This document shows, piece after piece, positions 62,665 through 64,000 of a DNA stretch of 64,000 bases; position 1 is the first letter of the stretch, and every line of letters begins with the position of its first letter. The notes under the pieces are model-generated. The model ran no database searches, was not told the origin of the DNA, and was given only the letters and a program-made list of their open reading frames with translations. This stretch comes from Glaucostegus cemiculus (lineage: Eukaryota), in the NCBI GenBank assembly GCA_976551045.1, contig CDPCPM010000033.1:10354001-10418000 (forward strand), given 5' to 3'. A program made the translations under genes and the position numbers.

Positions 62665-62980
62665 GGAAACAGGGTAAACATTCTCATGGCACAGATGCTC
62701 AAGACGAGAGGGCATGACTTTAAGATATTGGGTGGAAAGTTCAGGGGAGATGTCAGAGGGATGTTTCTCACCCAGAGAGTGGTTGGCACATGGAATGCGC
62801 TTCCTGGGGTGGTAGTAGAGGCAGATACATTGGACAGGTTCAAGAGATTGTTAGTTAGGCACTAGAGATTGTTAGTTAGAATAGTAGGATATGTGGAAGG
62901 AAAGAGTTAGATTGTGAGACGTTTGAAGGACGGCACAACTTGGTGGGCCGAAGGACCTGTTTTGTGCTGTATGGTTCTAT
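62665..62980 (+). mobile_element. CR1 3' end
   Basis: RGHDFKILGGKFRGDVRG.F.TQRVVG.WNALPG; 3' UTR gggccgaaggacctgttttgtgctgtatggttctatg; 21-bp tandem duplication at ~62843-62879. Confidence 0.85.
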
Positions 62981-63685
62981 GGGTGCAACCATCGGTGGCT
63001 GGCCCCAGCTAGCGCAATGCAAGCCATTGTTTTATGCTCAGATGACGTAGTCCTACTGATCAATATCTTGCTTGAAGATTCATGAAAATAAATGACAGAT
63101 TTCAAAATAGTCTACTGGATACCTAATTTCTAAGCAATGAAGTCAGGTGCAAAAGCTTAGTTATGCTCTCCCTATAAATGGATGGATGACAAACCTCTTC
63201 ATTTTTTATATCACAATGCCAAACCTGTTTGCATGGTTTTTTATAACTGTAATTATTTTCTGCAGTACAGTTGATCGCTGTCATATGGTTTCCCTCCACC
63301 TTTATATGGAAATCATTTGAAGTATTTTACTTTGTGTCATGCCCTACCAGCTCAACATCAAAAACGAGCATTGGCTCAAAGCTGAAAACAAAATCATGGG
63401 TATGTGAGCAGCTGTCGACTTGCTTGATCAATCTGAAGTCTTTAAAGACAAACATTTGCTGTCATTCAAAGACAAACCCAAATATAGTTCCAAGGAAATC
63501 AAGGCAGTGATATAAAATTACTCTGTCATGCAGTTTCTCAGCTCTCCTGTCCTGAATCAAGCTTACCATACATATCAACTTTTTTTACACTCACAGTTGA
63601 CGTTTTGGACATGCACGTGCACAATCACTTCACAGTCTCAAGATAATACAAAGAACAGTATAATCTATGAAAAAGGTGTAATAAT

Positions 63686-63940
63686 TATAAGATCATAAGA
63701 CATAGGAGCAGAATTAGGCCATTTGGCTCATCGAGCCTGCTCCGCCAATCAGTCACAGCTGATCTATTTTTCCCCTCACAACCCCATTCTCCTGCCTTTT
63801 CCCCATAACCTTTGATGCTCTTACTCATCAAGAACCTATCAACCTCCACTTTAAATATATACAACGACTTGGCCTCCACAGCTGTCTGTGACAATGAATT
63901 CCACAGATTCACCTCCCTCTGGCCATAGAAATTCATCCTC
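63686..63940 (-). mobile_element. CR1 3' end
   Basis: ORF 63685-63942 NFYGQREVNLWNSL.Q.AVEAKSL.IFK.EVDRFL; (cataaga)n tail. Confidence 0.85.
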
Positions 63941-64000
63941 AATATTGGTCAATGGAGGGATAAATATTGGCTAGGACATATACTGATATAGATTAATATC

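Noticed and set aside
1-64000. Prokaryotic-type systems (CRISPR arrays, operons, defence islands)
   Set aside because: The sequence is vertebrate intron DNA; there are no regularly spaced repeat-spacer arrays or dense gene clusters.

Overview
This is vertebrate genomic DNA: AT-rich, CpG-depleted and dense in repeats. The repeat families (CR1/HER1-like LINEs, HE1-type V-SINEs, Rex1/Babar, Penelope-like tails) point to a cartilaginous fish (shark or ray; inference). The window appears to be internal to one large + strand gene, DPP10 (inactive dipeptidyl peptidase 10, Kv4 accessory subunit). Two short coding exons are visible: 20916-21010 (95 nt) and 48926-49000 (75 nt), separated by a 27.9-kb intron. 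The rest is intron filled with transposon relics: many CR1 LINEs (one near full-length at ~54250-57914 with an SGNH-esterase ORF1 and APE-RT ORF2), Rex1/Babar, RTE, L1/Tx1 and L2 fragments, a second CR1-group LINE family, Penelope-like fragments, two V-SINEs and three solo LTRs. Almost all ORFs in the supplied track are TE fragments or spurious. I see no new multi-gene system. The best leads are: an in-frame U_UUA_AAC slippery heptamer at the CR1 ORF1/ORF2 junction; two V-SINEs with 3' tails from different partner LINEs; a motif-dense symmetric enhancer candidate at ~29.2-29.4 kb; an AG|GTAAC recursive-splice-like start to the second DPP10 exon; and decayed hammerhead-ribozyme cores in Penelope-like tails. 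TE family names come from recalled motif similarity, not a database search, and boundaries of decayed elements are approximate.
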